A DNA stretch of 63,596 nucleotides, counting the filler, from Choristocarpus tenellus KU-1152 (lineage: Eukaryota > Protista > Phaeophyceae): assembly GCA_964200185.2 (NCBI GenBank). It is 9 parts of 9 records of this genome, joined end to end, with 100 filler letters (N's around TTAATTAATTAA, not from the genome) between each part and the next. Parts side by side here need not be neighbours in the genome. Positions count along the whole stretch, not along the records: positions 60,710 to 63,596 come from CAXNAD020023917.1; 8 more parts are not named here. The stretch is one strand, 5' to 3'. Positions within the stretch are counted from its first letter, which is position 1. Each line of letters begins with the position of its first letter. The notes under the pieces are model-generated. The model saw only the letters and a list, made by a program, of their open reading frames with translations, was not told the DNA's origin and ran no database searches. The translations under genes and the position numbers were made by a program. Shown here piece by piece: positions 62,366-63,596 of this stretch.

Positions 62366-63522
62366 CTGCGGAGTCAGAGGAACAGTTGCCCAGAACCAGT
62401 CCAGAAACGTTATCCGGATGGTTGCACGCGTAACGCAAAAGAACGTTCGCTCCGGCCCCAGAGCCAATCCCAACAAACCACGTCAGCCCCAGGTGAGAAG
62501 TGACTAGGAATAGCTGTGCCGCCTGTGCTTCCAGGGAGAACGCCTTCGTGCTGGGGGGGGGGATAAAATATTAATATACTAGTAAACATACAACAAAAAA
62601 TGAGTTTGTTTTTTTTTTCCAATCAGAGCACGGCAGGGGCTTGGTCCATGGTCCCAAGGAGACAAGTTCGACAAGTTCAACCAGTTGGACCCCGGGGACA
62701 GGGCTGTGTCAGGACCGTGAGTACATCAAGGGTCAAAGTATCTGGGGGGGTGGGGGGGTGGTTTGTGAGGCGGCATCCGTTTCGGTCAAACAACTCTTTT
62801 TTTTTCTGACATTTCAAATCCAACATGTGCGACCAAATCACACAAAAAAAGTGATAATAGAAAAAAGGGTGAAAGACGGACGCCGACACCCCCCCCCCCA
62901 CCGGATACTTTGACCCTAGAACTATTGAAAACTATTCTGATAAACCTTCACCCCCCCCCCTAACCCTAACCCTAACCTTCCCACCTCAACTCCACCAAAC
63001 CATGTCCCGATCATGTCCCGATTAAATGCGCAAAGAAAGATATTAACTCCGACGAATTTCAGCCCATCCTAACACACTTCTCTTCAGTCAGAAATCTCCT
63101 TCCCCCTCTCCTCCCCACACACCCCCCAACTTCTAGAAAAAATTGAAAACTCTTGACAGCGCAATTAGGTATTTTCAGAATAATTCACTCTCAAAAAGGA
63201 CAAGTACTAAGAATACGCGCACCCATGTTCAACCACCTAAAACCTTGAAAAAAAAAAGAGAACAGAAACAAGAATTTCACACCTTCATTCTACAAAAACC
63301 CAACCCTAACCCTATGAAACACCTTCGCACTCACTCACCCAACAGACACACCATCCTCCTCATGCCCAGGAGTGTCCACATGGTAGAGCACTATCCTGCC
63401 CCCCCCCCTCCCCTGCCCTGCCCTCAGCTCTCCCTCCTCTGCAAGCAGCTTGGTGAGACGGCCAAAGCAAGTGCGGTGATTATGACCCTGGGCATGAAGT
63501 GTTACCACAGCCAGCGCTGCAC
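62366..63522 (-). CDS. NDRG/SF21-family alpha/beta-hydrolase-fold protein, two internal exons
   Basis: Exons about 63522-63339 and 62550-62366 give AVVTLHAQGHNHRTCFG...VLYHVDTPGHEEDG...FSLEAQAAQL..VTSHLGLTWFVGIGSGAGANVLLRYACNHPDNVSGLVLGN. This matches NDRG motifs (TYHDxGxNHxxCF, YHxDAPG, GxGAGANIL). Confidence 0.85.
62730..62916. mobile_element. MITE family A variant (subfamily also seen as halves at 34930-34995 and 54219-54301)
   Basis: GGGTCAAAGTATCT ... GGATACTTTGACCC; interior GAAAAAAGGGTGAAA.ACGGACGCCGACACCCC shared with the contig-end fragments. Further truncated family A ends lie at 1-20, 10185-10205 and 19595-19633. Confidence 0.8.
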
Positions 63523-63558
63523 CCCCCCTTCCCCCCCCCCCCCCCCCCCCCCCCCCCC

Positions 63559-63592
<34 letters not shown>

Positions 63593-63596
63593 ATTT

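Overview
Eukaryotic, intron-rich genomic DNA. GT-AG multi-exon genes, a signal-plus-transit-like leader and poly-G/C tracts suggest a stramenopile, probably a brown alga; this is inference only. The window is not one locus: it is 9 contigs joined by 100-bp N-TTAATTAATTAA-N six-frame-stop spacers, so adjacency across spacers is uninformative. Manual splicing recovers two complete models: SNF8/VPS22 (ESCRT-II) and a PHO80/U-type cyclin. It also recovers partial models: a tocopherol-cyclase-like gene, a HotDog thioesterase, an NDRG-like alpha/beta hydrolase, a SAM-methyltransferase-like gene, a Rho-N/SAP-like protein, a RanBP2-zinc-finger exon and two large unknown genes. Mobile DNA comprises a decayed Tc1/mariner transposase and more than 20 MITE copies from three families that share termini and 3-bp TSDs. 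The most striking feature is a spliced gene fusing a PHD-like finger to a motif-degenerate beta-class DNA amino-methyltransferase-like domain. It occurs as one open copy (57570-60555) and one frameshifted copy (19734-22270) on separate contigs. All coordinates were read by hand and no searches were run.
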